Assembly: GCA_964623335.1 (NCBI GenBank)
Contig: CAZUST010000003.1
Coordinates: forward strand, 869-64,868
Source: an uncultured Candidatus Saccharibacteria bacterium
GTDB taxonomy: Bacteria > Patescibacteriota > Minisyncoccia > Minisyncoccales > UBA5738
Reading direction: 5' to 3'
Length of the DNA stretch: 64,000 nucleotides
Both the position numbers and the translations under genes were made by a program. This document shows positions 25,303-34,002 of this stretch, one piece after another. Each line of letters begins with the position of its first letter. The stretch's first letter is position 1. The notes under the pieces were generated by a model that ran no database searches, was not told the DNA's origin, and saw nothing but the letters and a program-made list of their open reading frames with translations.

Positions 25303-26555
25303 AAGTTGTAATCGGCCACTTCGCCTATTTTTATCAGTAAGGCATCTTTGGAGCCGCGGCGCTTTATCTCAACACCGTCCTTTTCGAGCGTTTTGGCGCT
25401 GACCACAACCCGGAAAGGTATTCCCAATAAATCGGCATCGTTAAATTTCTCGCCCGCCGACATTTGCGCTCTATCGTCGTATAGTACTTCTATTTGTTTG
25501 TTTTGTAAATCAAAATAAATTTTATCGGCGGCGGCGGCGATCCGGACGCTGGTTTCGCTGTCTTTGGCCTGAAGCGCCAACAAATGCACCTTGAACGGCG
25601 CGATCTCGTCGGGCCAAACAATGCCATGGTCGTCGCGATGGATCTCGGCGACAGTTCCCATGATCCGGGTCAAGCCGATACCGTAGCAATTCATCAACAC
25701 CGGCAGGCTTTGTCCTTCCGGACCGACGGCGGTGAAATTGAACGCCGCGCTGTACTTAGTCCCCAACTTGAAGATGTTGCCGACTTCGATGGATTTTTTT
25801 TCGTTGAAACTGGCGCTGCCGCATTCCGGACACGCGGGATACTCGGATTTTATTTCGCGATTGATGGCCAAGCCGCATTTGTCACAGATATAAACGGTAT
25901 CTTCGCCGGCGTCGGTAATGGTTTGGAATTCGTGCGAAAATTTGGAAAAAGTCCCGCCGCTGGCCAGCGCGACGCAGGTCAACCGGGCCAGGCCGGTTTT
26001 TTTATAGATGGAAAAATACGCTTCCTTCACTTTTTCGTAGAATTCGTCGCAGTCTTTGGAATCGACATGAAACGAGTAAAGATCCTTCATCATAAATTCC
26101 CGGCCGCGCAGTAAACCGGATTTGGCGCGCAGTTCATCGCGGAATTTCGTTTGGATCTGGTAAATCGAAAACGGAAAATCTTTGTAAGAAAACGCGAATC
26201 TTCGCGCCAAGGGAGTGACAATTTCTTCATGGGTCGCACCCAAAGCATACTCGGCTTCCTGCCGACTTTTAACTTTATACAAGACATCTAATCCCGACCA
26301 GCGGCCGGTGGTTTCCCAATTGGCCTTGGGGGTGAGCGCGGGCATCAAAACGCGCTGGGCGCCCAGAGCGTCCATTTCCCGGGCGATGATGTTCTCAATA
26401 TTTTTAAGCACGCGAAAGCCCATCGGCAGCATCGTGTAAATGCCGGCGGAAAGTTTGTCGACAAAACCGCCGCGCAGCAAATACTGCGCGCCGGGACTGG
26501 ATTCTTGAGTCGAAATATCTTTTTGTGTCCGGGTAAAAAGTTTCGATTGCCGCAT
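25299..26555 (-). CDS. proS: Proline--tRNA ligase, short form lacking the INS editing domain
   Basis: MRQSKLF, ATHEE, QTKFRDELR, REFMMKDLYSF, EVGNIFKLG, YGIG, anticodon domain. Confidence 0.95.
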   Translation of the reverse strand: MRQSKLFTRTQKDISTQESSPGAQYLLRGGFVDKLSAGIYTMLPMGFRVLKNIENIIAREMDALGAQRVLMPALTPKANWETTGRWSGLDVLYKVKSRQEAEYALGATHEEIVTPLARRFAFSYKDFPFSIYQIQTKFRDELRAKSGLLRGREFMMKDLYSFHVDSKDCDEFYEKVKEAYFSIYKKTGLARLTCVALASGGTFSKFSHEFQTITDAGEDTVYICDKCGLAINREIKSEYPACPECGSASFNEKKSIEVGNIFKLGTKYSAAFNFTAVGPEGQSLPVLMNCYGIGLTRIMGTVAEIHRDDHGIVWPDEIAPFKVHLLALQAKDSETSVRIAAAADKIYFDLQNKQIEVLYDDRAQMSAGEKFNDADLLGIPFRVVVSAKTLEKDGVEIKRRGSKDALLIKIGEVADYNF

Positions 26556-26562
26556 ATTTTTA

Positions 26563-27684
26563 TCAAAGTAATCGTCTGATATCCTGGAAGGTAACCACAA
26601 CCGCGAATATCATCAATAGCGCGAAGAAAAACATGGTCAGCGTTTGCTCGATCTTTTGCGGCGCGGGCCGGCGCATCACGGCTTCAATGGCCAAAAACAA
26701 CAGACGGCCGCCATCCAGAGCCGGAATTGGCAGGGCATTGAAAACCGCCAGGTAAACCGAAATCATGGCTACGAACTGCAGATAGTAGCTAAGCCCCATT
26801 TGCGCCTGCTCGTTCATCAGATTCATAATACCCACCGGACCGACAAGCTGGGCCCCCGGCGGCAATCCCTGTTTGTGCACCCAGCGATTGATCATCTCTC
26901 CCCAACCCTGAAAGACGCCGACAGTCATATTCCAGGTTGCTTGGAAGGCATTACCGACGGCTTGCCAGCCGGTATAAGATTTTTGCGCGGTGCGCATCAG
27001 AGCAATACCGATCACGCCCTCTCCGGCCGGCGGATTTTCGCGAGGGGTGAGCGCAACTTGCATTGATTGGCTACCCCGCTGAATGTCAACTAAAATTTCC
27101 TGGCCCTTATGCCCGTTAGCAAAATCCTGGAGTTGGGAAACCTTATCGACTGGAATGGATTGCGCCTCATCCGTTCCCAGCGTTATTTTTTTGATAATAT
27201 CGGAAGTCCGCAGTCCGGCCGCCGAAGCGGGCGAATTATCAGCCACGGCGACAATCTGAACTTGGGCATTATCGACGTTTTCACTGTCGTCAACCGCTTC
27301 CACCGCGCCGGAAAGATAAACATAAATAAGAAGAATAACGGCGATCATCCAGAAGGAAATCACCCCGGCGGCAATGATCAGCATTCTTTGCCATATCGGT
27401 TTGGAACCAAAGCTTCGGGGATCTTTGCCGGCATCGGATTTGGCGACGCCCTTATCGTCCTCGCGATCTTCGCCGTAAAGCCGCACAAACGCGCCAGCCG
27501 GGATCCAGTTAATGGAATAGATGGTTTCGCCGATCTTTTTGCCCCAAATGCGCGGCGGTAAAAACATCCCGAATTCCTCCACTTTGACGCCGAATTTTTT
27601 GGCAAGTAAAAAATGCCCAAGTTCGTGAATCACAATAAGCCCGATCAAACTGAAAAAAACTAAAAGAATTGTTGATAACATCAA
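26563..27684 (-). CDS. rseP: RIP metalloprotease RseP (M50 plus PDZ)
   Basis: HELGH, PDZ (SPASAAGL), NALPIPALDGG. Confidence 0.92.
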   Translation of the reverse strand: MMLSTILLVFFSLIGLIVIHELGHFLLAKKFGVKVEEFGMFLPPRIWGKKIGETIYSINWIPAGAFVRLYGEDREDDKGVAKSDAGKDPRSFGSKPIWQRMLIIAAGVISFWMIAVILLIYVYLSGAVEAVDDSENVDNAQVQIVAVADNSPASAAGLRTSDIIKKITLGTDEAQSIPVDKVSQLQDFANGHKGQEILVDIQRGSQSMQVALTPRENPPAGEGVIGIALMRTAQKSYTGWQAVGNAFQATWNMTVGVFQGWGEMINRWVHKQGLPPGAQLVGPVGIMNLMNEQAQMGLSYYLQFVAMISVYLAVFNALPIPALDGGRLLFLAIEAVMRRPAPQKIEQTLTMFFFALLMIFAVVVTFQDIRRLL

Positions 27685-27690
27685 AATTCC

Positions 27691-27778
27691 GATTTATGAT
27701 TTATGATTTATGATTTATGAATAAAATGCGATTCCGCTTTTATTCTTAAAAACCCTAAATCGCGGTTCGTAAATCGCA
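27691..27778. repeat. Heptamer tandem array with inverted arm
   Basis: (GATTTAT)x4 ... CTAAATC-GCGGTTC-GTAAATC. Confidence 0.75.
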
Positions 27779-27780
27779 GA

Positions 27781-28338
27781 TTATTCGGAGATTTCTTTTT
27801 TCTTGCGGTCGCCGACTTCTTCAATCTTCTGACTGTAGCTATCGACGGTCTTTTGCAATTCGTCCTTGGCCTTGAATTTGTCATCTTCGCGAATTTCGCC
27901 TTCACGCTCAAGTTTCTGAATCTGCGACCAAGCGTCGTCACGGGCGCGGCGGATGGCTTGTCGAGTATCTTCCTGAACCTTGGAAATCACCCTAACAAGG
28001 CTCTGGCGATATTCGCTGGTCAAGTCGGGCATCGTGATGCGGATGACTGCCCCCTCCGGAACAGGCTGCAAGCCCAATTGCGATGCCTTGATCGCTTTCT
28101 GAATCGGCTCGAAATAGGATTTGTCCCAAGGCTGGATAACGATCTGGCGCGGTTCGGGAATCGAGATCATTGCCAGTTGTTTCAACGGGAATTTTTGGTC
28201 GAAACAGTCGACAACCATATCCTCCACAATCGCGGAACTGGCCCGGCCGGTGTGCACTTTGGAAAGTTCTTTTTCCAAATAAGCCATAGCTTTATCAAAT
28301 TCAGGGATAACTCTTTTTATCACATCCTTATAATCCAT
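27781..28338 (-). CDS. frr: Ribosome recycling factor
   Basis: TGRAS, PLKQLA, IQPWD, IRRAR. Confidence 0.96.
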   Translation of the reverse strand: MDYKDVIKRVIPEFDKAMAYLEKELSKVHTGRASSAIVEDMVVDCFDQKFPLKQLAMISIPEPRQIVIQPWDKSYFEPIQKAIKASQLGLQPVPEGAVIRITMPDLTSEYRQSLVRVISKVQEDTRQAIRRARDDAWSQIQKLEREGEIREDDKFKAKDELQKTVDSYSQKIEEVGDRKKKEISE

Positions 28339-28463
28339 AGATTTGAGTTAAAAATCAAAAGTCGCGTAAACGATTAAACCTAATATTCAAAGTATAACAT
28401 AATTTGAGCTCTTGTTAATCTTGACAAAAACATATAATTTGGGCCTGGCCAGCTCTTGTTTTT

Positions 28464-29405
28464 TTACAAATCCAACATAAAATACTCGATCGCGAGGCGC
28501 GAGCTGGCATTGGTGGTTTGCAAAACCATCCCTAGCTCATGAATTTTTTCCAATATGAGCGCGATCTTTTGAGGCGATGCCGAGGAAGCGTTTTTTAGTT
28601 TGGAAAACACAAATTGAGTGCTTTCGGGCGGCGCGGGTTCTTTTTTGCCGTTCAGGGCGACGAGCATTTTGTCGCGGAAATGCGATTGCCATATTTCCAG
28701 CAATTCGTCCAAATCCCGGCTGTCAGCAACTTTGGCCGCGTAAGCAAAACGCTCGGACATACCGGCGGAAATTACGCGGGAAAATTCTTCCGTTTTTTCT
28801 TGCCAAGCTTTGAGTTGGTCAGAGTCGGCCGCAAATTCAACCATCCGGCCGGGGCGGCCAAAGGACAGGCGTATGATTTCGGCACTTCCCTCGCTCCCCT
28901 TTAAATCGGGGAAACCGGCCATTTCTTTTGGGGAAACGAAATTGAATTGGAGTATTTGGCAGCGCGAGCGGATGGTTTCCAACAGACGATTGGAATTTTG
29001 CGCCACCAATACAATAACTGCGCTTCCGGGCGGTTCTTCAAGTGTTTTTAAAAGCGCATTTTGCGCTTCGGCGTTCATCAGATGAGCGTCGTCGATAAGA
29101 GCCGCCTTTACCGGTGCGACCGCGGGAGTTAGCGACAGCTTCCAGATCAGGTTGCGGATTTGAGCCACCGTAATCTCGGACGCCAATTTGCCGGTTTTTG
29201 GATCGGTAAGCGGCGCGACAAAAGCAAAATCCGGATGAGCGGCCGACGCGCTAAGGCGCGCGCCCAAAATTTCCGACAGCCACTCAAGAGCAACGGTTTT
29301 TTTGCCGATCTTAGAAGGGCCGCTTAGGATATAAGCGTGCGAAAGGCGGCCGTTCTGACGGGCCGCTTGCAGTATTTCCAATTGTTTTTGATGACCTATG
29401 ATCAT
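28464..29405 (-). CDS. holB: DNA polymerase III delta' subunit
   Basis: HAYILSGP, HPDF, AQNALLKTLEEPP, TIRSRC. Confidence 0.9.
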   Translation of the reverse strand: MIIGHQKQLEILQAARQNGRLSHAYILSGPSKIGKKTVALEWLSEILGARLSASAAHPDFAFVAPLTDPKTGKLASEITVAQIRNLIWKLSLTPAVAPVKAALIDDAHLMNAEAQNALLKTLEEPPGSAVIVLVAQNSNRLLETIRSRCQILQFNFVSPKEMAGFPDLKGSEGSAEIIRLSFGRPGRMVEFAADSDQLKAWQEKTEEFSRVISAGMSERFAYAAKVADSRDLDELLEIWQSHFRDKMLVALNGKKEPAPPESTQFVFSKLKNASSASPQKIALILEKIHELGMVLQTTNASSRLAIEYFMLDL

Positions 29406-29414
29406 AAACTTTAC

Positions 29415-29585
29415 GGAATTGCGCGTTTAAAATTCAAAATTAGGAGTCAAGCCCCTCGGAGCTTTCACTTCTCGGGGCTTGCGGTATCTGCATCGTCAAA
29501 GACGAAATTTTCTAGCCGCCGTACGCCAGTACGGTTTCGGCGCAATTTCATCTTTTCCTCGCACCTGCCGCAATCACGCAATTCC
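29415..29585. repeat. Palindromic MITE-like element
   Basis: GGAATTGCG ... CGCAATTCC termini; internal hairpin CAAGCCCC/GGGGCTTG. Confidence 0.5.
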
Positions 29586-29694
29586 TGTCGCGTATTAACA
29601 ACCGCGTAGTCACCGGCCAATTGAATTTATATTTTTCAAATGTATTTCGCCTCCCGGAATAACGAACCCGCGAGCGGCGACTTTGGCGAAACGG

Positions 29695-29902
29695 AGAATT
29701 AACAAACTTTTCCGCGGAAATACCGTGCCACTTTGCGGTAGTTTATTTACCCGCCGGAATCCCTCGGGGATGAATGGCGGGGAATCAAACTATCACGCCG
29801 CCTTGGGCGCGCGGTAGTTTATTTACCCGCCGGAATCCCTCGGGGCCCTGCCCCGGGGATGAACGGCGGGGAATCAAACTATTGCAACGCTTTGCGATAG
29901 TT
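29695..29902. repeat. REP-like tandem palindromes (family A)
   Basis: Two units of GGTAGTTTATTTACCCGCCGGAATCCC...GGCGGGGAATCAAACTA. Confidence 0.85.
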
Positions 29903-30900
29903 TATTTCTTGGCCATGATCGATTTTTTGTAGAATTCCAAGTTTTCCAAGACCGCGCCGGTACCTTTAGCCACGCAAAGCAGGGCATTGTCGGCGACGAC
30001 GCAAGGCACGCCGATGGAATTGGTAACCAGTTCGGCAAGATTGCGCATCAGGCTGGAACCGCCGGCCAAAACCATACCCTTATCCATAATGTCGGCAGAA
30101 AGTTCGGGGGGCGTGTCGCGCAAAACCACTTTGATCGTTTGCATAATTTCGGCCAAGGAGTCCTGCACGGCTTCACTTACCTCATTGGAATCGATCTTTA
30201 CATTGCGGGGAAGACCCGAAACAAGGTCGCGGCCCTTGATCTGCATTACTTTGGGTTCTTTTTCGGGGATGGCAGTGCCGATATTGATCTTGATATCCTC
30301 CGTGGTTTGGTCGCCAATCGCCAGATTGTACTTGCGTTTAACGTAATCGACAATCGCCGCGTCCATTTTGTCGCCGGCAATACGCAATGATTGGAAATTA
30401 ACGATCCCGCCCAGCGAGATCACCGCCACTTCAGAAGTACCGCCGCCGATATCCACAATCATATTGCCCGAGCAGGAATGAATCGGAACACCCGCGCCGA
30501 TCGCCGAAAGGATCGGCTCCTTGCAAAGGTAAACCGCTTTGGCGCCCGCGTTCATGCCCGCTTCAATGACGGCACGGCGTTCAGTGGAAGTGATACCGGC
30601 GGGAACACTGATAACCAGTTCAGGTTTGAAGAAACGGAATTTACCGGAAACCTTATCGATAAAATAACGGATCATCGCTTGAGTCACGACAAAATCGGCG
30701 ATCACGCCGTCTTTCATAGGCCGGTAAACCCGGATCGTGTCCGGAGTGCGCCCGATCATCTCGTTGGCTTCGCGGCCTACCGCCAAAATTTTGTTATCGT
30801 CCAGGTCAACGGCCACCACCGACGGTTCCTGCAGAACGACGCCTTTTTTGGGCACGAATACCAGCGAATTCCTTGTTCCCAAGTCGATTCCAATTTTCAT
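29902..30900 (-). CDS. mreB: MreB/Mbl-family protein (copy 2)
   Basis: IDLGTRN, EPSVVA, DIGGGTSE, AGGSSL. Confidence 0.93.
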   Translation of the reverse strand: MKIGIDLGTRNSLVFVPKKGVVLQEPSVVAVDLDDNKILAVGREANEMIGRTPDTIRVYRPMKDGVIADFVVTQAMIRYFIDKVSGKFRFFKPELVISVPAGITSTERRAVIEAGMNAGAKAVYLCKEPILSAIGAGVPIHSCSGNMIVDIGGGTSEVAVISLGGIVNFQSLRIAGDKMDAAIVDYVKRKYNLAIGDQTTEDIKINIGTAIPEKEPKVMQIKGRDLVSGLPRNVKIDSNEVSEAVQDSLAEIMQTIKVVLRDTPPELSADIMDKGMVLAGGSSLMRNLAELVTNSIGVPCVVADNALLCVAKGTGAVLENLEFYKKSIMAKK

Positions 30901-30913
30901 ATCAGTTCGAAAA

Positions 30914-31125
30914 TTTATTAATCTGGCAGAATACCCCGACGCAGAACATCAAGAATAGATGCCAGCCCGTAGCATAACGGTAACGAAGCGGAGGATTAAC
31001 AAACTTTTTCGCGAGAATACCGCGCCGCCTTGGGCGCGCGGTAGTTTATTTACCCGCCGGAATCCCTCGGGGATGAACGGCGGGGAATCAAACTATCACG
31101 CCGCCTTGGGCGCGCGGTAGTTTAT
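30914..31125. repeat. REP-like composite repeat (family A)
   Basis: Same unit as 29735-29825 plus an arm shared with 20428-20570. Confidence 0.85.
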
Positions 31126-31368
31126 TGAGAAAGTCTTAACCGTGTTTTTGAGTTCTTTAACTCTAGCCCATTTTGCGAATTTAATCAATTCGAATTTCCC
31201 GCAGTAAAATAAATTTTATATTTTCCATTTGAGGCCGCGATCGGGGTATTAACCCCGATCTTGCGGCCAAAGGGGGCACCCCTTGCAAGATTACTTGCGA
31301 ATTACCTAAGGAATCCTTTTGGCGCGCCCCGGGGCAAAGCCCCGAGGTATTCTGGCGGGTAAATAAAG

Positions 31369-31555
31369 AAAAGGAGCGATTGAATCGCCCATGCCGTTAC
31401 GTGTCAGCGGGCGCACCCGACTCGCACCTCCTTAATGTCGCTTTGACAATTACTCCGGAAAGAGCGCGCGGTTCACCATCTTTGCGCTCCGCGCGAAAAC
31501 ATTCCGGGTGAATGCATATCGGACCGGCTAAATCCGTCATTGTTACGACCTCTTT
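31369..31555 (-). ncRNA. Candidate long-hairpin ncRNA (6S-like) or 47-aa small ORF (31397-31540), with terminator
   Basis: Nested stems with G-U pairs on the minus strand; TATAAT upstream; GGGCGATT/AATCGCTC-TTTT terminator. Confidence 0.45.
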
Positions 31556-31572
31556 TGCAATGTTTATATTAT

Positions 31573-31761
31573 AGACCTACTGCGTAAATATTTCCTACTG
31601 CAATTTCCATATTTTGGCTGCGCCGAATTCGTCAATCGTCGGCATATTTAAGCCAATATGCCTCCCTCGTTTTTGTGAAACGAGACTGCGAGCAGACATT
31701 CCTCATTCGGCTCGCGCGAAATCTGAAAATTTAGTCGCGTAAATATTTACGCAGTAGGTCT
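31573..31761. mobile_element. 189-bp MITE, copy 1
   Basis: Perfect 21-bp TIR AGACCTACTGCGTAAATATTT in a TA-rich site. Confidence 0.88.
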
Positions 31762-31767
31762 TATAAT

Positions 31768-32949
31768 TTAATTCTTCCGGTTTTCAGCCAGCACTGTCGC
31801 GACAACTACCGCCAGCACGACCGCAGAACCGGTAAAGAAAAGCCGGCGGTAGCCCAGAGGAGCGATCAGTAATCCCGCGGTTAAAGAACCGAGGGCCGTA
31901 CCCAAGGGCGAAAAAATCGTGTCGAACGCGGCCGCCTCTTCCGGTTCGTTCTTAGATTTGCCGGCGATCAAAGACGAACGGCCGGCGTTGCAAATAAACG
32001 CGCCAGCACCTTTAAAAAAATCCACGATAAATACCGCCAGGAAATTCAGACAGGCCGCCGGAAAGGCGAAAAAACCGGAAAACAGTCCCGCGGTCACCGC
32101 GCCCCGGATAATACTGGCACGGCCATTGTTCTTTTGATGCCGGCGGATGAAAACAAAATAGATAACCGAAAAAAATGCCGACGAGGCCGCGGTGTAGAAG
32201 ATCACCATATCGCGAGTCCAAGCCAGCGAGTCTTTAAGAAAAAGGACGAAAAATGCCGCGTAAAGGCCGCTCATCCAAAGCACCGCCGAAGATACGGCCA
32301 GATAAGGCAGTATTTTGATATCGGCGATACGCGCAAAAAGATGCCGCCACTGGGCGGTCCAACCAGTTAGGGAAATTTTGCGGCCGTTAAATTTAGCCGA
32401 AACACCCCAAAGGCGCGTTGCGGCCACGGCCAGCGCGGACAAAGTGATGGCCACGCTCAATGAGAAAACCGCCGTAAAACCGGAGCGCCAAATCAAAAAT
32501 CCACCGATAACCGGCGCGATCGCATCGGCCCAGATGGGCGCGTTATAAAACCAGGAAAATCCGTGCTCGATATTTCGCAAAGGATAGGCCATCAACAAGA
32601 TGCGGCAGGAAGTAAAAAATAGCGACGCCGAAACCCCCAGCGCAATCTGCCAGTAATAGAAATACGTTTCCCGGGCGCCAAAAATCATCGCCAGCGCGTA
32701 GGCGCCGTAGCCAAAAATTCCCAACATCATCATCAACGCCGGATTGGTTTTGCGCGAAAAAAATCCGGCCAGCGGGGCGCACAACGCGATCGGCAAATAA
32801 ACCAGCAGATAAGAATAACCAATTTGCGGCAACGAAAGCCCTTCAGCCGCCAAGAACAACGGGAAATAAGCCGAAAACAGTTTATAACCGAACATCAGTA
32901 AAAAATGAACCGCGGTAACATCGCGGACAACCAAGGAATTATTTTCCAT
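31768..32949 (-). CDS. MFS transporter
   Basis: ~12 hydrophobic helices in a 6+6 arrangement. Confidence 0.88.
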   Translation of the reverse strand: MENNSLVVRDVTAVHFLLMFGYKLFSAYFPLFLAAEGLSLPQIGYSYLLVYLPIALCAPLAGFFSRKTNPALMMMLGIFGYGAYALAMIFGARETYFYYWQIALGVSASLFFTSCRILLMAYPLRNIEHGFSWFYNAPIWADAIAPVIGGFLIWRSGFTAVFSLSVAITLSALAVAATRLWGVSAKFNGRKISLTGWTAQWRHLFARIADIKILPYLAVSSAVLWMSGLYAAFFVLFLKDSLAWTRDMVIFYTAASSAFFSVIYFVFIRRHQKNNGRASIIRGAVTAGLFSGFFAFPAACLNFLAVFIVDFFKGAGAFICNAGRSSLIAGKSKNEPEEAAAFDTIFSPLGTALGSLTAGLLIAPLGYRRLFFTGSAVVLAVVVATVLAENRKN

Positions 32950-32995
32950 ACAAAATTATTCTAGCACAACAATTAAATTTAAGTATTTATATAAT

Positions 32996-33184
32996 AGACC
33001 TGCTGCGTAAATATTTCCTACTGCAATTTCCATATTTTGGCTGCGCCGAATTCGTCAATCGTCGGCATATTTAAGCCAATATGCCTCCCTCGTTTTTGTG
33101 AAACGAGACTGCGAGCAGACATTCCTCATTCGGCTCGCGCGAAATCTGAAAATTTAGTCGCGTAAATATTTACGCAGTAGGTCT
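32996..33184. mobile_element. 189-bp MITE, copy 2 (direct orientation)
   Basis: Identical to copy 1 except one substitution seen in the left TIR. Confidence 0.88.
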
Positions 33185-33238
33185 AATAAAAAAAGCATTT
33201 TCTCGTTCCTTTTGTATAAAAAGAAATAAGAAAATGCT

Positions 33239-33853
33239 TTATAACGATACGGGCCAGTCAGCCTGTATCTCCTGTATCTTTTGCAATTCTTTCATTGCCG
33301 CCATCGCATATTCCTGCTTGGGGCTTTGGGTCAGCCCCATAAGCGCCATGCAGTGCATGCGCTTGCCCTTGCCGCTCAACAGCCCCTTGCCGGAAATACC
33401 TTTTGCCTCATTAGCCGGCTCAAAGGTTTGGGCCAGTGTGTGCAATGTTTCCGTATCCACCCAGATCACTTCTCTGTCGTCCCCGCTATCGGCAAAAGTG
33501 AAACGGGGATGCGGCTCGTGATAAATCGTAACCATAGCTTGGTCACGCGTCTTCTCGTTTCCGAGAAAGACGGTGTAAAATGCCGGCATTTTTGAAAGGA
33601 AAATTCTTATTCCGGCACGATCCAACACCGCCTTTTCGACGGTCAACGCGGCGTGATTATAGCCGTACTTATCACCTTCGGTGGTAAGCATAGCACGACC
33701 CGGCAACTCAAAATTACCACGGTAGGAAACCCCTTCGTTGATTGAAGTGGTTGCGGTGCGGCGGTAGAGAAGTAATTTCCCAAAATCTTTTCCCTCTTCA
33801 TTGTTAATTATCGCAGCGTAAACGCCGATCGATGCGATTATTTTTTCTTCCAA
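33239..33853 (-). CDS. Hypothetical protein with degenerate NUDIX-like N-terminus
   Basis: GVYAAII...KLLLYRR...FELPG; AGGAGG upstream of a TTG start. Confidence 0.65.
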   Translation of the reverse strand: MEEKIIASIGVYAAIINNEEGKDFGKLLLYRRTATTSINEGVSYRGNFELPGRAMLTTEGDKYGYNHAALTVEKAVLDRAGIRIFLSKMPAFYTVFLGNEKTRDQAMVTIYHEPHPRFTFADSGDDREVIWVDTETLHTLAQTFEPANEAKGISGKGLLSGKGKRMHCMALMGLTQSPKQEYAMAAMKELQKIQEIQADWPVSL

Positions 33854-34002
33854 GATTAAAACCTCCTGTAATTTCAGTTTATTTATTTTATGATTATTTT
33901 TAGTTTATGTCAATAGCTATCGCGCGGTTGAAAATTTTGGCCAATATTATAAGCTCTAATTAATGGCACCTGTCCGTTTTATCCGCGGCGGGAAAATTTC
34001 TC

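Noticed and set aside
29735-29900. Tandem palindromes here and at 43733-43912 as a CRISPR array
   Set aside because: Only two units each, no unique spacers, dispersed copies elsewhere and no cas genes.
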